Shown here: positions 1-7,420 of the stretch, in pieces
How the letters are laid out: every line of letters starts with the position of its first letter
Position numbering within the stretch: the first letter of the stretch is position 1
Source of the DNA: a virus
IMG/VR virus record: IMGVR_UViG_3300045988_099312
Location: 1 to 55,517 of that record
Reading direction: 5' to 3' (one strand)
DNA: 55,517 nucleotides
Notes under the pieces: model-generated
Database searches by the model: none
The model's input: the letters and a program-made list of their open reading frames with translations, nothing else
What the model was told of the DNA's origin: nothing
Position numbers and translations under genes: made by a program

Positions 1-283
1 AAGAACGTTTCTCATGGAAAATGTATACGTCTGCTCAATGCGTTAAAACGGCGATTCTAGCGATTTCTGAAAATCCACCATACTCCACCCCATCCGATTA
101 AATTTAGGCGTTTCCGAAATCGAGGAAAACGTATCATGCAAAACTAGCATAGCAAAAACGTTATTTAAGTAAAGAAAATACTTTACGCAAATGGGGAAAT
201 GTGGTATGATATATACATAAGAGAGATAGAGAAAAACAAAGAAATCTCTCGGAAATCAAAGAAAATCGGAGGAAACAAAAATG
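1..283 (+). repeat. Cassette copy A, 3' part (continues from 55306-55400 across the junction): conserved spacer, promoter, leader hairpin, RBS and ATG
   Basis: Near-identical to 36789-37177 and 50523-50911 when aligned by eye. Confidence 0.9.
182..210 (+). promoter_or_regulatory. SigmaA-type promoter of cassette A
   Basis: TTTACG (182-187), 17-nt spacer, extended -10 TGgTATGAT (202-210). Followed by leader hairpin GAGAGAT 221-227 / ATCTCTC 244-250 and RBS GGAGGAAAC. Confidence 0.7.
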
Positions 284-568
284 ACAAAAGCAGAAATGAA
301 AGAAATCGTGAGAAAAGGTATTGCAAAACTTAACGCATACTATGAAGCCGAAAACTATCTCGATAAGCACGAAGACGAAATGGACAAGGATAGTTACTAT
401 GCGGTAAAAATTAAATTTCAACGAGACGAAAGCCGTATCGATGGGATGATTCATGCGTTTGAGATGGTTGCCAATTATGACTTGATTTCGTATGATGATG
501 TACAAAACCTAATCGATGAGAGAAGACTTAAAGTTCTCAAGGCAATCGTAGATGATCGCATCAAATGA
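281..568 (+). CDS. Hypothetical protein (95 aa), first gene after cassette A
   Basis: ORF track entry. RBS GGAGGAAAC upstream of the ATG. The first 20 nt (MTKAEM) are shared with the gene at 37175. Confidence 0.8.
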   Translation: MTKAEMKEIVRKGIAKLNAYYEAENYLDKHEDEMDKDSYYAVKIKFQRDESRIDGMIHAFEMVANYDLISYDDVQNLIDERRLKVLKAIVDDRIK

Positions 569-650
569 TTGAATATGCAAGAAATTGGTTCTGTGGGGGC
601 GTAAGCCCCCAAGACCATTTATCATAATGATTGTTGTGGAGGAAATAAAA

Positions 651-791
651 ATGGCTAAAATCTATGCTCGAAAGAATGAATATGCTGAATGGGAATTGGT
701 TGGGACATTCTCTGCTTTCAATGGAGATGCAGTGCTTAGAAGATACCGTAAGCACTTTCCTTCATATAAGTTTAAAATGATTTATGGATAA
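651..791 (+). CDS. Hypothetical small protein (46 aa)
   Basis: Internal ATG of ORF 585-791, preceded by GTGGAGGAA with a 6-nt spacing. Confidence 0.6.
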   Translation: MAKIYARKNEYAEWELVGTFSAFNGDAVLRRYRKHFPSYKFKMIYG

Positions 792-936
792 TTCCATGAA
801 TGGTAGAAAAATAGTAGGTGTATTACGGGAAATTCCTGTGCTACAATTATAGTAGCCATTGAGCAAGAGGCGTTCGCTACTTGTTCATCTTCCCAAGGCT
901 ATGCCCACCATAAAACGGTGGGCATTCTCATAATAA

Positions 937-999
937 GCCCGAATAGCTTACGGAAAAGCGAGGCGAAAGTCTAAATGTGGTTCAACTCCACTCCGGGTA
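937..999 (+). ncRNA. tRNA-like element lacking an anticodon loop (GAAA-capped hairpin in its place)
   Basis: Acceptor-like pairing 937-943/992-998 with one mismatch. D-arm GCTT/AAGC. Hairpin AGGC-GAAA-GTCT at 961-972. T-arm GTGG-TTCAACT-CCAC at 977-991. Confidence 0.3.
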
Positions 1000-1056
1000 T
1001 AGTTCGGTGTCGGGTTATATTTTCTCCAATTTTTCTTTGACCTGATACTGAAATAT

Positions 1057-1145
1057 GGAAGCGTACCCAAGAGGTCAAAGGGAACTGTCTTGAAAACAGA
1101 GAGCTGGGGAACCGGGCGTAGGTTCGAATCCTACCGCTTCCGCCA
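1057..1145 (+). tRNA. tRNA-Ser (anticodon UGA), class II, CCA encoded
   Basis: Hand-folded cloverleaf. Acceptor GGAAGCG/CGCTTCC, anticodon loop CTTGAAA, long variable arm, T-loop GGTTCGAATCC. Confidence 0.85.
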
Positions 1146-1146
1146 T

Positions 1147-1238
1147 GGATACATGACCGAGTAGTCGAAGGTGCTTGCCTGCTAAGCAAGAAGCGGATTT
1201 TAAGCCGCTCGTAGGTGCAAATCCTACTGTATCCGCCA
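1147..1238 (+). tRNA. tRNA-Ser (anticodon GCU), class II, CCA encoded
   Basis: Acceptor GGATACA/TGTATCC, anticodon arm CTTGC-CTGCTAA-GCAAG, long variable arm, T-arm GTAGG-TGCAAAT-CCTAC. Confidence 0.85.
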
Positions 1239-1344
1239 ATAGCCTACCCAAGTGGCTTAAAATATAGGGGCGTATCCTAACCGCATGGGAGCGCGTAACA
1301 TCGTTGCGGTATCACTCCATGTAGCAATAACTACATGGAATTAT

Positions 1345-1418
1345 AGGGGGTTCGCCAAGAGGTAAGGCACAGGAATTTGACTCCTGCATCGATGGTTCGA
1401 TTCCATCACTCCCTGCCA
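1345..1418 (+). tRNA. tRNA-Gln (anticodon UUG), CCA encoded
   Basis: Acceptor AGGGGGT/ACTCCCT, anticodon arm CAGGA-ATTTGAC-TCCTG, T-arm GATGG-TTCGATT-CCATC. Confidence 0.85.
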
Positions 1419-2181
1419 ATGGCTGCCGAAAAGGCAACACTCTCCGGGGGCGAGTATAAATGACTCCCACCAGCTCCGCACAACATGCCATGGCAAAAAT
1501 GTAGCGTGCGGCTGACAACATGTCATCAGTATAAAGGACAGAGCGCAATCCACCGCGATAGAGTGGCGTGCTAAAGTTTCCTTACGAAAATGGAAGGATG
1601 GTTCGGAGCACCTTAAAAGTGTCCGGTGCGCGCTACACCTACGAAAAAGCGTGTCCCTGCATGCATGGGACGGTACTAGTGCTGTTTCTAAGGCTCTAAA
1701 CAGGGGGTTCCACTTACCGGAGTGGTGAGTTATCGTTAAGCTCATGCACAGAAAAACGGCGTTTCTTCCTTCGGGTCTAACATAAAAAGAAAAATACTCT
1801 GCTGCGGAGTGTTGGAGCAGTCGTGGATGCTAAAAGTTCCCAACGTTAGGGGAAGCAACAGTGTGAACACGCTCTCAACTAATTCTAAAGCGAACTTTTG
1901 CTGGGTTCACATGTGCCGGACGTACTATCGGGTTATCGTACTCATGAAGTGTAGCCGTCATTGGGAAAAACTAGGCTGCGCCGCTTAAATGTTTCTTGGC
2001 AAAGGAAAGTTAGCTCTGCGCTTGTGCAAGCGTGGAGCGCATATGTGGGTGAAATCGGCTAACTACCCGTTTCACCCTTTACATGAGCAAAAGAGGGGCG
2101 ACGACCTGTTTTGCTCGGCATGAAGATTCGGTTTCCTCCGAATGATAAGTGCAAGGTGAGCCACGAGCTTGCCTTGCATAT
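1419..2181 (+). ncRNA. Candidate large structured non-coding RNA (763 nt) between tRNA-Gln and tRNA-Lys; class unassigned, GOLLD/ROOL-like context
   Basis: No + strand ORF of 60 aa or more. The only tracked ORFs are antisense and cross tRNA genes. Many stable helices (coordinates in the findings). Flanked directly by tRNA genes. Confidence 0.5.
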
Positions 2182-2255
2182 GGGTTTGTAGCTCAGTTGG
2201 ATAGAGCGGCGGTTTCTTAAACCGTGCGTCGGGGGTTCAAGTCCTCCCAAACCCA
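2182..2255 (+). tRNA. tRNA-Lys (anticodon CUU)
   Basis: Acceptor GGGTTTG/CAAACCC, D-arm GCTC-AGTTGGATA-GAGC, anticodon loop TTCTTAA, T-loop TTCAAGT. CCA is not encoded. Confidence 0.85.
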
Positions 2256-2267
2256 CAATGCGTCTTT

Positions 2268-2343
2268 GGGGATATAGCTTAAATGGTAAAGCAAGTGGCT
2301 CATAACCGCTTCGATGTGGGTTCAAGTCCTGCTGTCCCCACCA
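2268..2343 (+). tRNA. tRNA-Met/Ile2 type (anticodon CAU), CCA encoded
   Basis: Acceptor GGGGATA/TGTCCCC, anticodon arm AGTGG-CTCATAA-CCGCT, T-loop TTCAAGT. Confidence 0.8.
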
Positions 2344-2378
2344 TTTTCGTAGTATCGCGAAAATGGTTTACAATCCAT

Positions 2379-2461
2379 GGGCGGCTATCCAAGCGGCTAA
2401 AGGACAGACCGTAAGTCTGAGTCAAAAGACTTCGCTAGTTCAAATCTAGCGCCGCCCACCA
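2379..2461 (+). tRNA. Class II tRNA, nominally Tyr (anticodon GUA), with a non-canonical anticodon loop CCGUAAG (C33)
   Basis: Acceptor GGGCGGC/GCCGCCC, 3-bp D-stem, anticodon stem ACAGA/TCTGA (4 bp plus an A-A mismatch), variable arm GTC-AAAA-GAC, T-arm GCTAG-TTCAAAT-CTAGC, CCA encoded. Confidence 0.6.
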
Positions 2462-2546
2462 TGTATGCGACTAGGGAGTATAGAGTAGCCAACCGCAAAT
2501 TTGCGGTCAAAAGACTTCGCTAGTTCAAATCTAGTGCTGCCCACCA
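2462..2546 (+). pseudogene. tRNA remnant: duplicated 3' half of the preceding tRNA joined to a non-matching 5' part
   Basis: 2506-2546 repeats 2421-2461 with 2 mismatches (variable arm, T-arm, acceptor 3' strand, CCA). The upstream sequence cannot pair with the acceptor 3' strand. It contains the palindrome CCGCAAATTTGCGG. Confidence 0.5.
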
Positions 2547-2659
2547 ATGTAAATGAGTGTAAGGTTTCTCCACTGGAGAGGGACTGATCCACCGTTTACA
2601 ACTCCCTTAATGTTTGCCTCTTATGTATTCATGATGAGTGTACATTAGAGGCACTGCAT

Positions 2660-2730
2660 GGTTAGGTAGTTTAATGGTAAAACTGGCGACCTGAAATCGC
2701 CAAATGATGGTTCAAATCCACCCCTAACCC
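2660..2730 (+). tRNA. Class I tRNA with atypical anticodon loop CCUGAAA (C33; nominal anticodon UGA); identity uncertain
   Basis: Acceptor GGTTAGG/CCTAACC, D-arm GTTT-AATGGTA-AAAC, anticodon stem GGCGA/TCGCC, 4-nt variable loop, T-arm GATGG-TTCAAAT-CCACC with one mismatch. CCA is not encoded. Confidence 0.55.
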
Positions 2731-2889
2731 CAGCGGGATAGCATCCATGTGAAACCGCATTACAACTTAACACCTGCCTTGTAACAAAGCATAAGTCGAT
2801 ATGTTGTGCCTAATACTTTTATCTTATGTTTTTTGCTGCTAAACCAATGATTCTTGGATGTCGGAAAACAGGGCAGGTCAATAACAATC

Positions 2890-2919
2890 CCTACAGCTAA
2901 ACGCTGTAGGATTTTTTTT
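2890..2919 (+). terminator. Rho-independent terminator closing the RNA island
   Basis: 8-bp stem CCTACAGC / GCTGTAGG, loop TAAAC, then a run of 8 T. Confidence 0.75.
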
Positions 2920-2960
2920 ACTCTGACTTGGATCAGAGATGAACCTTGGGAGGGATGCTT

Positions 2961-3560
2961 ATGGCTGAAAAGAAAATTGAAGTGGTGCGAATGAGGGTTG
3001 GCGATATTCAAGTCGGTTTTGGGAACCCGAGAAGAATAAAAAAGAATAAACGGGACGATCTGCAAAAGTCACTTGATACGTTTGGAGACTTTGGACTCAT
3101 TCTTATTGATGAAGAAAATAACGTGATTGCCGGAAATCAAAGGGTTTCAATTCTTCGGGAAGAAAGCCCTGACACCGAGGTTCTTTGCAAGCGATTGATT
3201 GGGTATACAAAGTCTGAACTGAAAGCAATCAATATCAAAGCTAATACACATGCTGGCGAATGGGATTTGGATATGCTTGCTGACTGGACTGCTGACATCA
3301 ACATTGACCTTGGTTTCGAGAATGAGACTGCCGCCAAAGAGCTACAGGAAAGAAAAATCAAAGAAATGGAGCTGATCCATTACGAAAAGTACGATTATGT
3401 AATGATCGTATGCAAAAACACCTTCGATTATGAAGAACTCATTTCTCGACTTGGCATCGAAGGCGCAAGGGTAAGAACTACTAACAAGCGAACGATAAAA
3501 GCTAGAGCTGTATGGTTCGACAAGGTTCGAGACAAACTTTTTGGTAAAGAGAAAGCCTAG
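2961..3560 (+). CDS. ParB/sulfiredoxin-like N-terminal domain protein (199 aa)
   Basis: RBS GGGAGGGA. The pattern VGDIQVGFGNPRR...LQKSLDTFGDFGLILID...VIAGNQRV matches the ParB N-terminal (ParBc) signature. The C-terminal half is not recognised. Confidence 0.7.
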   Translation: MAEKKIEVVRMRVGDIQVGFGNPRRIKKNKRDDLQKSLDTFGDFGLILIDEENNVIAGNQRVSILREESPDTEVLCKRLIGYTKSELKAINIKANTHAGEWDLDMLADWTADINIDLGFENETAAKELQERKIKEMELIHYEKYDYVMIVCKNTFDYEELISRLGIEGARVRTTNKRTIKARAVWFDKVRDKLFGKEKA

Positions 3561-3570
3561 GAGGAAGAAA

Positions 3571-4638
3571 ATGGAGAAGTATAATGTGTTATTTACTGCT
3601 TGCTGTGGCTGGCCCACGTGTGGGACGATTGATGCGTTGAAAAAGAGTAAAGACTATGATTTTCACGTTATCGGTGTCGATTGCAATCCCTATACTGCTG
3701 CATTGAATTATGTTGATGAATTATATAAAGTTCCTCGCTATGACGATGAGGATTATATTTCCAAACTCATTCAGATTTGTGTTGAGAAGCATGTTGATGT
3801 TGTTGTTCCTTTGATTAGCGATGAAATCAATGTTTTGTGTGAACATGAGAAAATGTTTAGCGATGTTGGGGTGAAACTTGCATTGACGCATAATCATGAG
3901 AAACTTAAAATTGCCAATAATAAAATACGGCTTCAAAAATATCTTGAAAAGAACAAAATACATGTAATGCCTAAAACGATTGTTGTTGATCGAGAAAACA
4001 TTGAGTCTGCACTGAACGAACTTGGGTATCCTGAAAAACCTGTATGCTTGAAACGGACAGATGGATGCGGGGCATCAGGATTCAGAATTATTGATGATGA
4101 AATGGCTAGAAAGGCTGTGTTTGCGAAGTCCAGAAATTTGCGAGCAAATAAATACGTTTCCAAAGCACAAATGATGGATGCCATTGATATTCTCGATCAT
4201 GACTTCATGCTTCAAGAATTTCTGCCAGGGCAAGAATTTAGTGTTATTTGCCTTGCTGACAAGGGGCGTACATTATATTCAATTACGCACAGGAACTTAA
4301 GAATGGATTTTGCAACCACGACATACTGCGAGCTTACTGATTTTCCTGAAGCTAATGAAATTGTACGGAAAATCAATGCGCTGCTAGAACTTGATGGAAA
4401 TATCGGCTTTGATTTCATCCATGATGAAAAGGGCGGAATTAAGCTGTTAGAAATTAACCCTCGAATTTCTGCTACCGTGTCACTTGCTGCGAAAGCCGGA
4501 GTAAACCTTGTTGAACTTGGCGTTTTACATGCTCTTGGTAAAGAAATTCCTACAGACCTCAAACCTGAATATGGAATGAGATTGTTCCGAAACTATGGAA
4601 CGCTTTATGAGAAGGAAGGGATTCCTTGTGGTCGATAA
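3571..4638 (+). CDS. ATP-grasp family carboxylate-amine ligase-like enzyme (355 aa)
   Basis: RBS TAGGAGGAAG. N-terminal Rossmann-like pre-ATP-grasp region, central 'KPVCLKRTDGCGASGFRII' and 'LLEINPRISATV' motifs typical of the ATP-grasp fold. Confidence 0.75.
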   Translation: MEKYNVLFTACCGWPTCGTIDALKKSKDYDFHVIGVDCNPYTAALNYVDELYKVPRYDDEDYISKLIQICVEKHVDVVVPLISDEINVLCEHEKMFSDVGVKLALTHNHEKLKIANNKIRLQKYLEKNKIHVMPKTIVVDRENIESALNELGYPEKPVCLKRTDGCGASGFRIIDDEMARKAVFAKSRNLRANKYVSKAQMMDAIDILDHDFMLQEFLPGQEFSVICLADKGRTLYSITHRNLRMDFATTTYCELTDFPEANEIVRKINALLELDGNIGFDFIHDEKGGIKLLEINPRISATVSLAAKAGVNLVELGVLHALGKEIPTDLKPEYGMRLFRNYGTLYEKEGIPCGR

Positions 4639-5350
4639 TGAAATCACTATTGGCGTTTATATACCGTCTGTTGGGAGAGCAGAACGAGGAATGATCACAG
4701 GGAAACTCTTTGAGTCTCCAAAACACATTGTTCGTAAGTCCCAAGAACAAGAGTATAAGAAGATGGGATTTATCAATGTCATTGGGGTCGAAGATAACGA
4801 AATTGATGGATATGGAGATGTTTTTAATTGGATTGTCGAGAATGCCAAAGAGGACATCATAGTCATTGCTGATGATGACATAAAGGCGTTCAGTTATCTA
4901 CTTGAAAGAGCTTATCGAATTGAAGATGTTGAGACTGTTCAGGCAGAATTTGAACGAATTGGTCAAATCCTATACGACCTTGACATTGGACTGGCATATG
5001 GGCCTGCTACTCCTGCATGGTACAACTATACGTGCGAGTTCGCTTTCTTCGGCATCCCCGGAGCTTTCAAGGTTATCAATAGGAAGGCACTCAAGGCAAA
5101 GATGGATAGTGAGCTTCCTAGGTGTACTGATATTGATTTTGTGTTGCAGGAGCTTTTGTTGAACCGTATTACGCTTAGTGTAAAATGGTTGGTTGATTCG
5201 CCATATGAAGATTCGACTACAAGCACATCTGGATCAACTTATAACGCCAAAGGAATACAGCAAGCCGTTGAAATCATGAAAGCAAGATGGGGAAAATACT
5301 TCTCGTACAACATGAAGAAAAACATTCCGCGCATTCGAGTTCAACGATAA
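4595..5350 (+). CDS. Hypothetical protein, possibly a GT-A-like glycosyltransferase (about 240-251 aa)
   Basis: ORF track entry. The start is uncertain: ATG 4595 or 4607, or GTG 4628 preceded by GGAAGGGA. An N-terminal 'IGVYIPSVGR' strand and a 'VIADDD' acidic motif about 90 aa in are reminiscent of GT-A nucleotide-sugar transferases. Confidence 0.4.
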   Translation: MERFMRRKGFLVVDNEITIGVYIPSVGRAERGMITGKLFESPKHIVRKSQEQEYKKMGFINVIGVEDNEIDGYGDVFNWIVENAKEDIIVIADDDIKAFSYLLERAYRIEDVETVQAEFERIGQILYDLDIGLAYGPATPAWYNYTCEFAFFGIPGAFKVINRKALKAKMDSELPRCTDIDFVLQELLLNRITLSVKWLVDSPYEDSTTSTSGSTYNAKGIQQAVEIMKARWGKYFSYNMKKNIPRIRVQR

Positions 5351-5379
5351 ATAGCATATGCAGTATTGCAAATATCCGT

Positions 5380-5408
5380 TTGCACAATATGTCATACTAT
5401 TGTATAAT
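5380..5408 (+). promoter_or_regulatory. Internal sigmaA-type promoter
   Basis: TTGCAC (5380-5385), 17-nt spacer, TATAAT (5403-5408), in the 116-bp AT-rich gap before the 5467 gene. Confidence 0.65.
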
Positions 5409-5466
5409 ATAAGTATACAAATTAAGCATAAAATGTATGCTTGTTATTTACAGTGGGAGGACTAAA

Positions 5467-6165
5467 ATGGCTTACAAAATTACAACACCCGGTGGATATG
5501 ATTTATTCGTCATGTCAAGTATGCTTCAGAAAGCGATTCGTAGAGCGGACATTGATCACGCTGCGTTCGCTGCAAAAGAACTTAGGGGAAGGCATTCCAC
5601 ATACTTATGGAAGAGGCTTCTCGTTATTTCAGCTGAAGATTGCTTCGGGATTATGACGAAAGAGATAATCGCGCTAAAACAGGCAGAGGATTTAGTAAAA
5701 GGGAATAATAAAGGATACGATGTTGACTCTATTTTCCTTGGTAAAGCCATCCTACTTTTGTGTATGGCTAGAAAGAATCGCGATGCTTGTTATATTTGCT
5801 GCAACTTTATGAATTACGACCGAACATTAAATCCTGATGAAATTCCCGGAGAAATTGATGTTGATGAATCGACCCTTGGTGTTGATGGTATTCCCGATTG
5901 GGTATTTGACATTCATACTCGAGAAGGATGGAAAAGAGGGAAGACTGACATTGATATGATTATCGACGAGCAGAAAGCACTTAAACCACAACAACCATCT
6001 TTGTTCGACGAAGCTAGTTGGGGAAATTATGAAGAGAAATATCTTTCTAAGCGCAGACCTTATAATGAGGTGCGAAAAATAAGAAAGTTTATGGAAGGCA
6101 AGGAAAACGATCCAACTCATAACGGTAAGGATTTAGTTGTTCCGAAACCGATTTGGGAAAAATGA
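5467..6165 (+). CDS. Standalone RarA/MgsA C-terminal-domain-like protein (232 aa), no AAA+ module
   Basis: RBS GGGAGGA. 'YDLFVMSSMLQKAIRRADIDHAAF...YLWKRLLVISAEDCFG...ILLLCMARKNRDA' follows the MgsA_C helical-domain pattern. No Walker A motif is present. Confidence 0.55.
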   Translation: MAYKITTPGGYDLFVMSSMLQKAIRRADIDHAAFAAKELRGRHSTYLWKRLLVISAEDCFGIMTKEIIALKQAEDLVKGNNKGYDVDSIFLGKAILLLCMARKNRDACYICCNFMNYDRTLNPDEIPGEIDVDESTLGVDGIPDWVFDIHTREGWKRGKTDIDMIIDEQKALKPQQPSLFDEASWGNYEEKYLSKRRPYNEVRKIRKFMEGKENDPTHNGKDLVVPKPIWEK

Positions 6166-6168
6166 TTG

Positions 6169-6199
6169 CAGGGAGGGCTAAATGCTCTCCCTGTTTTTA
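6169..6199 (+). terminator. Rho-independent terminator or attenuator
   Basis: Stem CAGGGAG (6169-6175) / CTCCCTG (6187-6193), followed by TTTTTAT. Confidence 0.6.
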
Positions 6200-6219
6200 T
6201 ACCATGTGAGGGAAGAAAA

Positions 6220-7401
6220 ATGAATTGTTGCGAAGATAGGTATGCACACTATGTGCTCTATGAGTCCATCGTTAGGCAAAATGTAATAGACATCATTGAT
6301 GCATTCAAAAGAAGATATTCCAATTTTGCATTGTCCTATAGCGTAAAGACGAACTACGTAAAAAGGGTTCAAGAAATCGTAAAAGAAGAAGGCGGATTAG
6401 CCGAGGTTGTTTCTCCGTTTGAATACGATTATGCGAGACTTACATTTGAAAGTAACCAAATCATTTACAATGGTCCAATTCCATCGAAAAAAAAATACTT
6501 CGCAGCTCGAAATGGAAGCATCGTGAATGTTGACAACATTGATGAGTTAAAGGCAATTATTCAGGAAGCTAAAAATGATAGATTGACTGAGCCCATCGGG
6601 ATTGGACTTCGCGTCACGTTTAATGTTGGGAACAAGATAGTGTCCCGATTTGGATTCTCTGTGGATGATGGAGATACTCGTGATTTTGATAGAGCAATAA
6701 ATATCATTAGGGAAAGCAAAGTATGCTATCTTGCTGGATTTCATTGCCATATTGGGGCTGGCAGACCTGTAAAATATTGGACTACGAAAGCCAGGAAAAT
6801 GTCTGAACTTGCTCACAAATATTACGATGATGGCGTTCGTTATATTGATTTAGGTGGAGGCATGTTTGGGCATATGATTGAACCTCTTCGGAATCAGTTT
6901 GATGACTATGAAGGTGACTTCGATGAATACGCAAAAACTGTTTCCGAAGAAATAAAGAAGTATTTTCCTCAAGAGCAAGTGAAACTCATTATTGAACCTG
7001 GAACTGCCATCGTTGGGGATGCTATGGAACTCGAAGCACACGTAACGTCCATCAAGAAACATAATGAGCAATGGTATATTACGCTTGACTGTGCAGGAAC
7101 TGATTTAGGGTTTGTTTGTGAGGTCAAGGATTTGCCTATTTCTATTTTAAGAACTGGGGCAGAGGAAAGTGTTTCTGTTGAGCATGGGATAATGGTCGGG
7201 AACACATGCCTTGAATTTGATCGCATCAAAAAAAACTATTGTGGTGAAATTGGAGTTGGAGATACTGTTATTTTCCCTAATGTTGGAGCGTACTCTATTA
7301 ACAATGCAAGACAATTTATCACACCACGATTAGGCGTATATGATGTCAGAGGGAATGAGATACAAAGATCAGAGACGCCAAGAGACATGTTTATTTTCTG
7401 A
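6220..7401 (+). CDS. PLP-dependent group IV (Orn/DAP/Arg-type) decarboxylase (393 aa)
   Basis: RBS GAGGGAAG. 'YSVKTNY' (PLP-lysine motif), 'YIDLGGGMFG' (glycine loop), 'EPGTAIVGD' and 'GNTCLEFD' match the alanine-racemase-fold decarboxylase signatures. Confidence 0.8.
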   Translation: MNCCEDRYAHYVLYESIVRQNVIDIIDAFKRRYSNFALSYSVKTNYVKRVQEIVKEEGGLAEVVSPFEYDYARLTFESNQIIYNGPIPSKKKYFAARNGSIVNVDNIDELKAIIQEAKNDRLTEPIGIGLRVTFNVGNKIVSRFGFSVDDGDTRDFDRAINIIRESKVCYLAGFHCHIGAGRPVKYWTTKARKMSELAHKYYDDGVRYIDLGGGMFGHMIEPLRNQFDDYEGDFDEYAKTVSEEIKKYFPQEQVKLIIEPGTAIVGDAMELEAHVTSIKKHNEQWYITLDCAGTDLGFVCEVKDLPISILRTGAEESVSVEHGIMVGNTCLEFDRIKKNYCGEIGVGDTVIFPNVGAYSINNARQFITPRLGVYDVRGNEIQRSETPRDMFIF

Positions 7402-7420
7402 TTGATTTGGAGAAAAGAAA

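Noticed and set aside
161-505. 114-aa minus-strand ORF across cassette A and the first gene; similar ORFs at 50670-51068 and 50747-51127
   Set aside because: They run antisense through a promoter, leader and RBS region that is repeated three times and through well-supported + strand genes. They have a low-complexity hydrophobic composition and no RBS.
1239-1344. Possible additional tRNA, including an amber-suppressor-like 'TCCTAAC' loop at about 1274-1280
   Set aside because: No T-arm, no acceptor pairing and only a 3-bp flanking stem. It is better described as a structured spacer.
1419-2181. tmRNA, RNase P RNA or an intron-containing tRNA as identity of the large non-coding segment
   Set aside because: No tRNA-like terminal pairing with a tag-peptide ORF is present. 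The conserved RNase P 'GAGGAAAGUCC' element is absent. No split tRNA halves flank the segment. None of these can be formally excluded without covariance-model searches.
971-2325. Minus-strand ORFs 971-1189, 1312-1548, 1341-1745 and 2059-2325
   Set aside because: They lie antisense to hand-folded tRNA genes and the structured RNA segment. The region has no coding signal on the transcribed strand.
800-2760. Search for an amber, ochre or opal suppressor tRNA (anticodon CUA, UUA or UCA) that could explain the in-frame TAGs
   Set aside because: Every TCTAA / CTCTAA-type loop candidate in the RNA island (near 969, 1688, 1694 and 1884) lacks flanking anticodon-stem pairing and a cloverleaf. No suppressor tRNA could be supported.
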